Assembly (NCBI RefSeq): GCF_009914755.1
Contig: NC_060925.1
Reading direction: 5' to 3' (one strand)
DNA from: the human T2T-CHM13v2.0 reference genome, Homo sapiens
Length of the DNA: 64,000 bases
A program made the position numbers and the translations under genes. Shown piece after piece: positions 13,424 through 26,683 of this stretch. The number at the start of each line of letters is the position of its first letter. Position 1 is the first letter of the stretch. Under the pieces are notes generated by a model that was given only the letters and a program-made list of their open reading frames with translations, made no database searches and had not been told where the DNA came from.

Positions 13424-14049
13424 TGTTTTCTGTGCGGGAAATGTGTGAGAGGGGAGAAGAAAAGACACACACACAATACCTTTAAGGGTAAACAACCTTT
13501 ATCCCAGGTAAATGGCAATGCAGATATAATAAGCAAATGATATAATAAGCAAATAATATAGTAAGCAAATTGATATAATAAGCAAATTGATATAATAAGC
13601 AAATTGCATTGGGAAGGGGAGAAGGTGAGTGTAAATATATATATTTACTCACTCACCAGACTAAGGAGGATTCATGACCAGACTGGGAAGCATCGGCCTG
13701 GGCTCCAGTGTCGGCCACTCGTCCGTGAACAGATAAGGAGAGGTCTCATGAAGCTTCGGCGTGGTCTGGACCCCTAGCTCTTTTCGTAATGAGTTGTTTG
13801 GCATGAGGCCCAGTCATGAGAGCCCTTCATGACTGGTCTTCAGCAACACAAAAAGGTCAACTTGTTTTTGCGATTGCCTGTTGTTTTTCAATAACTAACA
13901 TATAGGAATATATTGAAATAGAGATTTCTCTGAAACAGTGCTGGATGAATGCCTCAAGGAGCTCACACAACCTGTTCTGGGAATTGGTGACCATTGTTTT
14001 TGTCCACGTTCAACTGAGTTCAAATTTAATATTTAATTTTTCCTCCACA
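13424..14049 (-). mobile_element. ERV1-class solo LTR (PABL-like)
   Basis: Minus strand starts TGTGGAGGAAAAATTAAATATTAAATTTGAACTC, matching the recalled PABL LTR 5' end; ~625 bp. Confidence 0.7.
13523..13606. repeat. 16-17 bp minisatellite (GATATAATAAGCAAAT[T]) x5 inside the LTR
   Basis: Five consecutive units read directly. Confidence 0.92.
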
Positions 14050-15319
14050 ACCTCTGACTCTGATGAGTTTTGCCCAAACTAAGTTTAACATCAACTAGGT
14101 GATATTCTGGGGCCACAAAGCCTCTGGTTGGGTTGAACATGAGAGATTCTGTAACTTGTTCTCACCGCCATCCCCAACCCCTGCAAATGAAGCAGAGTCT
14201 ATTCATTAAAAATCATGCTAATGATAGTGCATGCTCATTGTATCAAAACGTGAGAGAGTCTCCTGCTGCATTTTCTCCCATCCCCAATTTCAGTTGTCAA
14301 AGACAATCTTTCACATTTTTTCCTACTTTTGTTTCTTCTGCTGGTAATTTCCATATCTCTAGATAATTTGCCTTTATTTCTGACTCCTCAGTATGAAAAA
14401 CAAGAATTAAATAATTATACTTCTTTTCCTTTCTCTCATATCTTTCCTCTAAAGTATCATCATTTTGAGTTCTTCTGTTGCTTTTATAATTCTGAAAATA
14501 ATATATATAAATCTTTATTATTTGTCCAATAACTTCTTGTTATAAGATGAAAATAGTAGCTCTTATGTATTTCCCTTACCTTTTCCTGTTCCCTATCATA
14601 CCTTCATTGAATACTTTTTAAACTTTTATATGGAGATACTGTTAACATTAATACTATGTGCTACATCTATAAGATTTCTGTACTTTGCAGTTTAGTGTAA
14701 AACTTGAAAACCAATAAACAGAGCTTACATTACTCTGACTACATAAGAAGGTTCACTTCTGGGCCAAGTAAGCGTCCATTGCCACAATCTGAGGGCCACT
14801 AACAGGAGAATGTGGTGAGCTTCAAGTTTAAATGGAGTCTCTCTTGTTAACTCTACCCTTTCTTAAAATCGTGCCATGTTTTATTTGCTTCATATTTGGC
14901 CTATGATAATCTTGTATGGTATTTGTTTATTTGTGTTTCCTAAAGATTTTAATTGCCTTTATTTTCACCTTGCATTATATGCTGTTGTTCTTCCATGCTC
15001 TCAGCCATTGCATTTAGTCTAAAGAGTCTTTCTGGTCCTTAATTTAAAAATAATGTTTAAATTACGTATATAACACATGGTTACACTATATGTTTGTAAA
15101 TGTCAAACATTATAGATAAGAGTAAAGCACTTTTGACCACCAGCCCAATCTGAGACCACATTCCATTCTTGTATAATTTGAAAACTTGCTAAATATACAG
15201 TTTTTCTATATTGAGTCGAAATTCTTTCCACCCCCAAAATTTGCTAATTTTCACAGCTTAATATACCATCCATTATATAAGTTAATATCTTTCTTGATGG
15301 TTTTCATATCTGATCTTCA

Positions 15320-15905
15320 GAGGTGCTGCCTACTAGAAATTTCACATTGGAGTTAGCTAAAGCAATCTTAAATGTAATATGGGCAAGACTGAAATCCTGA
15401 TTTTCTAGCTCTAATCTTTTCCCGAAAAAACTTTCCCAACATTTCCTAATTCAATGATTAGTTGTTACTATTTACCCAATTGCCTCAGATTAAAGTTTTA
15501 CCCCTTGCATCCAGTGTGTCACCAAATACTATTGATTTTATATCAGAAAAACGTCTTTAATATTCACTTTTCTCCACTATGCTTTTCAGCTTAAGCCATG
15601 TTGATATAGTATCTCAGCTGGTTTACTGCAAGAGTCCATACCAAAGAGTCTTTGCATGTGCTGTTGTCTGTGTCTGGAATGCTTTCCTTTCTATCTTTGG
15701 TTAACTCATCCTTTGACTCTTAACACAACTATTGCTTCTTTATAGAAGCCATCTCATCTCACACTCTTAAGCATATATCAGGTTTCTGCCCGCAGAAAGT
15801 ATGTCTCATATTTCTGTACTCATATTTCAATTTATAATTAAATTCTGTCTTCCTTGCTGGATTTAAGCTCCATCAGAGTAGGGACTCTTCCTGAATTGGC
15901 ACATA
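15320..15905 (+). mobile_element. L2 LINE fragment
   Basis: ctgcctactagaaatttcacattgg...tttgcatgtgctgttgtctgtgtctggaatgc...taagctccatcagagtaggga. Confidence 0.65.
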
Positions 15906-16329
15906 TTTAACATCTGGGACTGTGACAACCAGCCCCTTAGTTTCAGTGTTTCAACCCCTTTTACATTAACAGTCTTTACTTCTATCTGTCCTATTTCCAA
16001 GCCCCTTGTGCTCACTATAATCTGACTTTACTCAGTACATTTCCACCTCCAGGAATTAATATTCCGAAATTCCCTTCTGAAACCATTACCTATGCATTGC
16101 CTTTTTCATTTCTCCTGGAATGTTTTCTCTGTGTTCAATACGATATCCTGTTGCAAAAGTAGTTTGGTTTTTCTAGTTATTTCATCTTTTAGCGAGTGTC
16201 ACTTGCCTCTCTATCCAGTGTGGATTCCAGAACTTATCCTATCAGCATTATTCTTTCTTAAAAGTTAGCTTTCTATATCTTTTTGCAATTTCTTATCCCA
16301 CGTTTTGCCAACCCGCAAAATGGGTAAAT

Positions 16330-19300
16330 AAGTTATTTCAGAACGTGGGAACACATAGGTGAAATGGATACATTTCTTAAAAAATAACTTAGTTTTAAAC
16401 ATTAAAGAAATAGGATCATTATTTAAAAGATCTTCCTACAAAGAAAACATCATGTTCAGACATTTTTTACCCAATGAATTCTGCCAAACATTCAAGAAAC
16501 AGAACTACAATCTTACACGAAATCTTTCAGAGAACCAAATGAGTCAGAATAATGACTAACTTATTTAATGCAGCTAATATAACCTTGACACAAAACCCAG
16601 ACAAGGATGATATAAGAAAATTTACAGACCAATATAACTTATAAATATTGCTGCAAATATATCAAACAAAATACTAGCAATCCAAGTTAAATAATGTATA
16701 AGAATGAAAAAATCATGACCAAATTATTTTTTTTCCCAGAAATACTACTGTGGCTCAAAAATGTGAAAATCTGTTAGTATAAATTTTCTCTTTAATGAGT
16801 TTAAATAGAAAAAACCATATGTTCACTTTGGATGCATAAAAGAGATTTGATAAAATTTAATGCACATTTATTACCAAAAATACCTCTAGCAACTAGAAAA
16901 AGAAGATGTGGCAGGGTCTGCTGTTTTTCTCTTATATCTTTTTATTCTTTCTCTTTGTAATAACATAACACCTTATTAGATGTTAGGCATTTAATTGCTC
17001 AAGGTAAGAACTGAGCTTCCCTTGAAGCTAGCTGTGACTATTATGAAGGCCTTTTTAATGGGACATAATTTAGAGTTATCTGTGGAATTGCAGAGTTGTA
17101 CCCTTATAGGGAGGGAGCATGGCTCTCTCTTCCTCTGGTTGGAGAAGGGACCTGATGTTGAGCTATCTCAGACTCTGTGGAGGAGGAAACACCTTAGGAA
17201 TGGTGGAAAAATAGAAAGAAGCTAGATTCCTGATGGCTGTATACAAAGTGACTTCCTTAATAGCTTAGACTTTAATGTGACAGAGAAATGAACTTCTGTC
17301 TATATAAGGCATTTTAAAAGTTAGATCTCTGTTACAACAGGCAAAACTTGGCTAATAATAGGTGAGAATCTCCTTAACTCAATAAAGTATATTTTAAAAG
17401 TTTCTACGAAAACATCATATTCAAAGTTAGAGTATTTTCTTTAAGATCGGTAGTGACCACTATAATCACATATACTTAACATTTAACTGAGAGCCTTAGA
17501 GCAATAGGGCAAAAACAAAAAATAAATTTTATAACAAATAGAAAGACCAAAAAAAGCTGAGTGATATGGATTAGCTCTCTACCTTTATCAGATACTCGAA
17601 ACAATCTGAAGAATGTTAGAATTAATAAAAGAGTTCATTAAGTTTACTGGGTACACAAGTAATATACAAAGCATATAAGAACATATAAAGCAAATAGAGC
17701 TAGAAAATATAATTATGAAAAAGTATTTATAATTACAAAAAAGATACTTTGAGAATAAAAATTACTAAATATGAGAGCTGTATAGATAAAATAATAAAAT
17801 AATAAAACTTAATTGAAAGATTAATTATTAGCTAAATAAAATGAAAGAGATTCTCATGGATAGAAAGAATACTAAATAAAAGTCAATTCTCTTCTAGTTT
17901 ATATAAACATATTTACATGTGGATATGTATATATTTATATATGTGTGTATATACACACATACATATGTATTTTTATATATATTCAATGCAATTGCAATAA
18001 AAATCCTGGTAGGATTTTCTAGTGGAACTTTAAAAGACAATTAAAAAATTACATGGAAGTGCAAAAGACCAAGAATAACAAAAACATTCTTGAAAAGCAA
18101 TATTAGTAGAGTCTCCTAACTAGATATCAAACTTTTTCATATAAAGTTACAGAAAGTAGAGCACAGGGATAAAATAAGTGACCAGTGAAATAGAATAGAG
18201 AGCATAGAAACAATCACAGATATAGCTGAAACTCTGATTTATAATGAAGGTGCGATTGTAGATTATGCAGAAAGGATGTCTACTCAGAATACAGTATGTT
18301 ACTAAAACAATTCGTTTTCTCTATGGAACAAAAAGAAACACGAACATGAATCCTTACTTTATGCTACATAGTAAGACCATTCTGAAATGCATTAAGACCT
18401 TGAATGGAAAAAAAAGAACCAAAACTTTTAGAAGAACACATGAGCTAACAATTGGTTAGTGGAGTGGTCCTTAAAAAGTGAGAAAAAGCACAAACCATAA
18501 AACAAAAGATTAATAAATTTGACTATATCAACTTTAAATTTCTGTTCATCGAAAGAGACCATAATGAGACTAAAAAGAGAGATTCCAACCTGGTAGAAAA
18601 TATTTGAAACAGGTATTACTAATAAAAAATTCGTATACCAAATACATAAAATGGCTACAAATTTATTGAATAAATGCAACTGCCCAAAAAGGGCAAAATA
18701 AACATTAATTGGGTTTGAACAAAAAAGAGGAAACAGGATTGAACAAAAAATGGAAAGAAGAAATTAGGATTGAACAAAAGAGGCCATCTTGAACGGCCAA
18801 AACAAGAGAAAATATATTAAACAAATGTGTATCCAAGAGAATGCAAACTAAAAGTGCACTAGATTGGATAATGCTAAGTATTGGAGAAGCTGTGGTCAAA
18901 TGGTAAGATTATTAATTTGGTGAACCAGTTTGGTTAAAAACAGAAAAATTCACAATAAAGTTGAATGTCCACATACCTTATGACAAAGTCATTCCACTCT
19001 TGTGTATGTTGTAAGAGAAATTCTTGCACATGTGCCAGGGACTTGCATAATATCATGAATATCAGCATTTTCCCAATACCAGAAAATAGAGAACAACTCA
19101 AGTATTCACTAACCGGAGAATGGATAAATCAATTTTAGTGCCTCAATTGAAAGGAATACTATGTATCAGTAAAAATAAATGAGTTATTACTTTAAGAATC
19201 AACCTGAATGAATGCAAAATCATTACTGTATTAAAAGAAATTTTCAGAAGAATATGTGATTATGATTCTGCCTATATAAACTTTCAAATTAGGTAAAACA

Positions 19301-19560
19301 AATAAAATTGTCATTTAGAGATATGTGTATGGATGCATGGCAAAGGTAGAAAGAAAAGCAAGGCACTGATTAACTCATGATTCAGTTATTGGTTATGTTT
19401 GGTGAATGGAAGTGCACGTGCTCAAGGAGGTGCATAGAGGGATTCAAAGACATTAGTCATGCTGTAATTTTTAGGCTTAGAAGCTTTTACAGTGTGTTTG
19501 CTTTTAACTATTCACATACGTTAAATACACTCCTCTGAATGATGTGTTACACAATTAAAA
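16330..19560 (+). mobile_element. Old L1M (L1ME-type) ORF2 and 3' UTR remnant, interrupted by an LTR
   Basis: Degenerate ORF2 motifs (acagaccaatataacttataaatattgctgcaaa; gatttgataaaatt) and an L1M-type 3' UTR; A-rich. Confidence 0.8.
16907..17360 (+). mobile_element. Old MaLR LTR (MLT1-type)
   Basis: tgtggcagg... and 3' gagaaatgaacttctgtctatataaggc...ctctgttacaac. Confidence 0.55.
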
Positions 19561-19992
19561 AGTAGAGGTTAAAGAAGACTATCTCTTCATTGCTTTTACT
19601 CCTTGTCCCTCCAATTCATTTCGCAAAGCATCACATTCTGGCTCATGATTCCCACTATTTTCCTGAAACTGTTGCCTCTGGGATCACCAATAACTTTCTA
19701 ATTAGTAGATGCAAATATATCTCACTTGAATAAGAAATCACCCTTTCTTGCAACATTCTCTTCTATTAGTATCTCTGGAAAGCCACTCTCCCATTTCTTC
19801 TCTGCATTTAAAGAAAAAAGAAGTAAAAAGTCACTTCTGAAGGTTAAATTAACTTTAAGCCATAAAAAAATTATTTGCCATATTTTGCAAATTGTATTTG
19901 AGTAGCAAATATTTATTAAGCACACACTATATACAGAGCATGGAAAATTCAGAAAACAATCTCCATTCTCAACTCTGTTCTTTGGCCCATCA

Positions 19993-20222
19993 TGTATGGT
20001 ATTATTATGTTGTTGCATTGCTATAGAGAAATACCTGAGACTGGATAATTTATAAAGAAAAGAAGTTTAATTGGCTCATGGTTCTGCAGGCTTTACAGGA
20101 AGCATGGTGCTGGCATCTGCTGGGCTTTTGGTCAAGCCTGAGGGCATTTTCAATCATGGTGGAAGGTGAAGAGGAAACAGGTACATCGCATGGTGTGAGC
20201 AGGAGCCAGAAAGAGAGCACAC

Positions 20223-20271
<49 letters not shown>

Positions 20272-20459
20272 TGGGAAGGTGCCACACACTTTTCAATGAC
20301 CACATCTCTCAAGAACTCACTTGCTATAGTGAAGACCGCACCAAGACATTAGGTATATGCTCCCATGATCCAAACACCTCCCACCAGGCCCCACCTCCAG
20401 CATTGAGGATTACAATTCAACATGATATTTGGCCAGAGACAAATATCCAAAGTATATCA
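19993..20459 (-). mobile_element. MaLR solo LTR (MSTA-like) containing (GA)18 at 20225-20260
   Basis: gcattgctatagagaaatacctgagactgg...ttggctcatggttctgcaggc...ccaaacacctcccaccaggccccacctcc...atatca. Confidence 0.88.
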
Positions 20460-20515
20460 GGTATTATTTAGCAAAAATTAATAGTTAGTAGTCATATTAT
20501 AAAGGCAATTGAATG

Positions 20516-21127
20516 TGATATAGGAGTTAAAGAGAAACTACTAGGGCAGATAATAAGGGTATGGGAGTCCTCGGTAAGGTTTTCCTTTTTAATGAAAAGA
20601 AGCCCCCAAATCATTTTCTAACAAAGAACAGCCTGTAAAATTGAGCTGCAGACATAGACAAACAAGTTGGAAGCCTGCACCCATGAATGCTGGCAGAAAA
20701 AAGCTACCTGGTACTAGACATGTTCACAATGGCTTCCTTCCCTTGGTCAGCTATGTGTAAGGTAAGAGCAGACAAGATGGTGAAAAGGCCACTTGCATAA
20801 TAAGATTAGGGCAGGGTGACCAGCCTTTCCCGAACGCTATGTAAACACCACATCACACCTGGTTGAACCAATCTGTGGGCTCTACATAAATCAGAAACCG
20901 CCTCCTCAAGCCTGCCTATAAAATCTGCTGTGGTCCCCCCAGGCCACCTTTTCCCTTTTGGATGCCTCGCTCTCACAAGAGAGAAAGTGCTGCTCTCCTC
21001 TCTCTTTTCTTCTACCTATTTAATTTTTGCTCCTTAACCCACTCCATGAATGTGTGTCCATATCCTTAATCTCAGTGCGCGAGACAATGAACCCCAGGTA
21101 TTTACCCCAGACAACAATGCCACTTCA
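20516..21127 (+). mobile_element. ERV1-class solo LTR (MER50-like)
   Basis: TG...CA ends; perfect 4-bp TSD aatg (20512-20515 / 21128-21131); TATA-like ctataaaa near 20916. Confidence 0.8.
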
Positions 21128-22099
21128 AATGTATCAGTTTTAATGTGAAAATTACTATTGTGTTTGCATAATACAGTTTTGAGTTTCAAATTAGCAAACA
21201 TTCAAAATTAGAGTTTTCCCTAAATGGGTAAACACCTGATCTCTTTTCTGAGGCCTACTAGATTTATATTTTGGTTTTTATAAATATGTATGGGAAGTTT
21301 ATATTAAAGATTTTGTAATTGTCGATCCTTTCATTTAATTAAACATTTGAAAGGGTGCATTTTTTCCACATTCATAAGTGTTCATACGGATTTCCTCAAA
21401 TTTTCCAGAGAAGAAAAAATAACTATATTTGAATGGAGCTAGAACATGGAATGGAAAGTTTCAGTTCAAAAGGCATTTTTTTCCATCAAGTTATGAACAT
21501 TTGAACATGGAATTATAATTGAAACCATTTTGTATACTTCACCATCAAATTCATTCTGAAAATAATGTTTTACTATTTTAAGCAACAGATATAGAAAACT
21601 CCCACTGGTCCACAGAATTTATTAAATGTCTGCAATGGCACCACTGCATTAACCATGCTGGAGTGGTCAATGAAGTCAATGGCATGATATTAAGGATATT
21701 AGATATGTGTAGAAGAACTAAATAAAACCTGTAGATAAATTTATGTTTTATAATGAACCAAAAATTTTTGAGATGGTTTAATGCAACACAATTAAGATTA
21801 GCTAGTGCTAGCTTCTAGAGCTGGTAGATTAAAACAAAACTTGCATTTAGCTTCCTATGCTTTTTCTTTTTTATTGTTCACTTTCCAATGATGATTTAAA
21901 TGAGCACTGAGCAGATCAAAACCAAATATCTGAAGAGCATGTAAGGGAGAAGAACCTACAGATAATTCATTTAACCCAAATCAGCCCAATTTACAGTGAA
22001 CATAAACTAGAAGAGCTTTGAGACACTGATTTTGTGAAGTCCCTGTGCCCAGTGCTACTCTCTCTGTTTCAAGTTTAGGAAAAAAGTGGTTTACATTTG

Positions 22100-22478
22100 T
22101 CATGCCTACATGCTTTCTTCTTACTGACTTCTCAAACTGCTGCACTAAAATTGTTCTTGAAAAGATTACTCCTAAATTCATTTTGAGTTTTCAGTTAACT
22201 TGAGTTACCTGTAGTATTTGCATTATTGATCACTCTATGAAATTCTCTCTGCCTCTGGCTTCTTCTGATTTCCTTTTTAACTTCTAAGACAAATCCTTCT
22301 CAGCTTCTTTCCCTCATTTCATTTTGCCTTTCCCTCCATTCCCACAATTTCCCATTTTGTTCTTTTCCTACCTGTCCCACAAATGATGGCATCCCAGGGC
22401 TCCCTCCTTAGCTCCCTTATAGTTCCACGATTTACATTCTTCATGATAATCATCTACTTTTTTGTTTTAAATACGAGC
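22100..22478 (+). mobile_element. L2 fragment, left part of the host of the GAPDH retrocopy
   Basis: Ends ...ttttaaatac; L2 resumes at 25988 (aaataccagtaatattctggagacttccaaat ~ recalled L2 aaataccatctatatgctgatgactcccaaat). Confidence 0.55.
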
Positions 22479-22497
22479 GGTGGTTCTCTGCTCCTCC

Positions 22498-22528
<31 letters not shown>

Positions 22529-23029
22529 TTTTTTTATTGATAATTTTTGGGTGTTTCTCACAGAGGGGGATTTGGCAGGGTCATGGGACAATAGTGGAGG
22601 GAAGGTCAGCAGATAAACAAGTGAACAAAGGTCTCTGGTTTTCCTAGGCAGAGGACCCTGCGGCCTTCCGCAGTGTTTGTGTCCCTGATTACTTGAGATT
22701 AGGGATTGGTGATGACTCTTAACGAGCATGCTGCCTTCAAGCATCTGTTTAACAAAGCACATCTTGCACCGCCCTTAATCCATTTAACCCTGAGTGGACA
22801 CAGCACATGTTTCAGAGAGCACAGGGTTGGGGGTAAGGTCACAGATCAACAGGATCCCAAGGCAGAGGAATTTTTCTTAGTGCAGAACAAAATGAAAAGT
22901 CTCCCATGTCTACTTCTTTCTACACAGACACGGCAACCATCCGATTTCTCAATCTTTTCCCCACCTTTCCCGCCTTTCTATTCCACAAAGCCGCCATTGT
23001 CATCATGGCCCGTTCTCAATGAGCTGTTG

Positions 23030-24390
23030 GGCACACCTCCCAGACGGGGTGGTGGCCGGGCAGAGGGGCTCCTCACTTCCCAGTAGGGGCGGCCGGGCAG
23101 AGGCGCCCCTCACCTCCCGGACGGGGCGGCTGGCCGGGCAGGGGGGCTGACCCCCCCCACCTCCCTCCCGGACGGGGCGGCTGGCCGGGCGGGGGGCCGA
23201 CACCCCCACCTCCCTCCCGGACGGGGCGGCTGGCCGGGCGGGGGGCCGACCCCCCCACCTCCCTCCCGGACGGGGCGGCTGGCCGGGCGGGGGGCCGACC
23301 CCCCCACCTCCCTCCCGGACGGGGCGGCTGGCCGGGCGGGGGGCCGACCCCCCCACCTCCCTCCCGGACGGGGCGGCTGGCCGGGCAGAGGGGCTCCTCA
23401 CTTCCCAGTAGGGGCGGCCGGGCAGAGGCGCCCCTCACCTCCCGGACGGGGCGGCTGGCCGGGCAGAGGGGCTCCTCACTTCCCAGTAGGGGCGGCCGGG
23501 CAGAGGCGCCCCTCACCTCCCAGATGGGGCGGCTGGCCGGGCGGAGGGCTGACCCCCCCACCTCCCTCCCGGACGGGGCGGCTGGCCGGGTGGGGGGGCT
23601 GACCCCCCCATCTCCCTCCAGGACGGGGTGGCTGGCCGGGCTGAGGGGCTCCTCACTTCCCAGTAGGGGCGGCCGGGCAGAGGCGCCCCTCACCTCCCGG
23701 ACGGGGCGGCTGGCCGGGCGGGGGGCTGACCCCCCCACCTCCCTCCCGGACGGCACGGCTGGCCAGGTGGGGGGCTGACCCCCCCACCTCCCTCCCGGAC
23801 GGCACGGCTGGCCAGGCGGGGGGCTGAACCCCCCACCTCCCTCCCAGATGGGGCAGCTGGCCGGGCGGGGGGCTGACCCCCCCCCACCTCCCTCCCGGAC
23901 GGGGTGGCTGCCGGGCGGAGACGCTCCTCACTTCCCAGATGGGGTGGCTGCCGGGCGGAGAGGCTCCTCACTTCTCAGACGGGGCAGCTGCCGGGCGGAG
24001 GGGCTCCTCACTTCTCAGACGGGGTGGTTGCCAGGCAGAGGGTCTCCTCACTTCTCAGACGGGGCGGCCGGGCAGAGACGCTCCTCACCTCCCAGACGGG
24101 GTCTCGGCAGGGCAGAGGCGCTCCTCACATCCCAGATGGGGCGGCGGGGCAGAGGCGCTCCCCACATCTCAGACGATGGGCGGGCGGGCAGAGACGCTCC
24201 TCACTTCCTAGATGTGATGGCGGCTGGGAAGAGGCGCTCCTCACTTCCTAGATGGGATGGCGGCCGGGCGGAGACGCTCCTCACTTTCCAGACTGGGCAG
24301 CCAGGCAGAGGGGCTCCTCACATCCCAGACGATGGGCGGCCAGGCAGAGACACTCCTCACTTCCCAGACGGGGTGGCGGCCGGGCAGAGG
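23030..24390 (-). repeat. SVA VNTR (~35-50 bp GC-rich units)
   Basis: Repeated cacctccctcccggacggggcggctggccgggc and ctcctcacttcccag units. Confidence 0.97.
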
Positions 24391-24678
24391 CTGCAATCTT
24401 GGCACTTTGGGAGGCCAAGGCAGGCGGCTGCTCCTTGCCCTCGGGCCCCGCGGGGCCCGTCCGCTCCCCCAGCCGCTGCCTCCCGGGCGGTGCTCGCCGG
24501 CGCGGCGGCAAAGACTGAGACAGCTCCGCTGCCCGCTGAACTCCATCCTCCCGGCGGTCGGGCGGCGGCGGCTGCGGTCGGGCGGCGGCGGCTGCGGTCG
24601 GTCGCGGCAGCGGCTCCGCTTCATATCTGCAGCTGGGGCCCGCGGGCGTCAGCGCCGCGACTGTCCCGGCTCCGCACC

Positions 24679-24680
<2 letters not shown>
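23040..24680. promoter_or_regulatory. CpG island (SVA VNTR plus MAST2 exon 1 fragment)
   Basis: Only CpG-dense, very GC-rich stretch in a CpG-depleted AT-rich window. Confidence 0.75.
24428..24678 (-). pseudogene. MAST2: Transduced fragment of MAST2 exon 1 (54 nt of 5' UTR plus coding part), spliced to the SVA
   Basis: Translates MKRSRCRDRPQPPPPDR (ATG at 24624) and, in a second frame, REDGVQRAAELSQSLPPRRRAPPGRQRLGERTGPAGPEGKEQ, matching the recalled MAST2 N-terminus; joins the SVA at GAGCAG|CCGCCTGCC. Confidence 0.93.
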
Positions 24681-25990
<1,310 letters not shown>

Positions 25991-26094
25991 TACCAGTAAT
26001 ATTCTGGAGACTTCCAAATAGGAATTTCCTTTCAAAGCTGTATCTCTTTAAAGCTGCATCTCTAGCTCCTTAAAAGGCATCTCCGCTTGGGTAG

Positions 26095-26683
26095 TGTATC
26101 AATCAGAGTCCAGTTAGGAGATAAAAACCACACCAATAATTTAGATAGGAAACTTTGAATGTACAGAATTAACTAGCAAAAGATGATTAATTACTGAAAT
26201 GAGGAAAAAGAGGGCTGTAGAGGTAGAGAAATAGTAAATGCCGAAAGCTACAACCTCTAGGGCTATATAACCATGAAAAACTGAGTAACTAAGATTTTAA
26301 AAGAGATGCCCTTTCCACCTCTCTCTGAGACTGAAGTCCAGATCTCTTGGGAGAAGATGGGGCTATCAGAGGAACATGCAGTGGTAGAAAACTTGCCAGA
26401 AGGCCCAAGGCTGGAGTTGGCCTGAGGGTTTCTGAGGTGAATGTCCATGGCCTTCCACATGCTGATTTACTGGCTGCCATATCCAAAGAAAAGCCACACT
26501 GAAATAGGAAGGGAGGGCCCTTCTGCTGTTATGGCGTTACAGTATCCCTCCAGGGCTCTCTGTTGACAAAACCCAACATTGAGCCAGCTAGCAAAGGAGA
26601 AATGTTTACAGGGTCTGGCCAGTATCTCAGAGCAAGAAGCGTGGATTTAGGGGCTCAGATGTGATAAACTGAGAACTGGCACA
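26095..26683 (-). mobile_element. ERVL-class solo LTR (LTR41/LTR33-like) inserted in the same L2
   Basis: Minus strand starts TGTGCCAGTTCTCAGTTTATC; contains gagccagctagcaaaggagaaatgtttacagggtc; L2-like sequence on both sides. Confidence 0.6.

Larger units (their letters stand above)
22499..24678 (-). mobile_element. SVA_F1 (MAST2-SVA) retrotransposon, no CCCTCT hexamer, no 3' transduction
   Basis: T-run 22499-22521; SINE-R ~22522-23030; GC-rich VNTR ~23030-24390; short Alu-like remnant to 24427; MAST2 exon 1 24428-24678; perfect TSD tctctgctcctcct at 22485-22498 and 24679-24692. Confidence 0.97.

Noticed and set aside
13523-13606. Regularly spaced repeats as a CRISPR-like array (also the SVA VNTR)
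   Set aside because: No unique spacers, eukaryotic context; simple tandem repeats.
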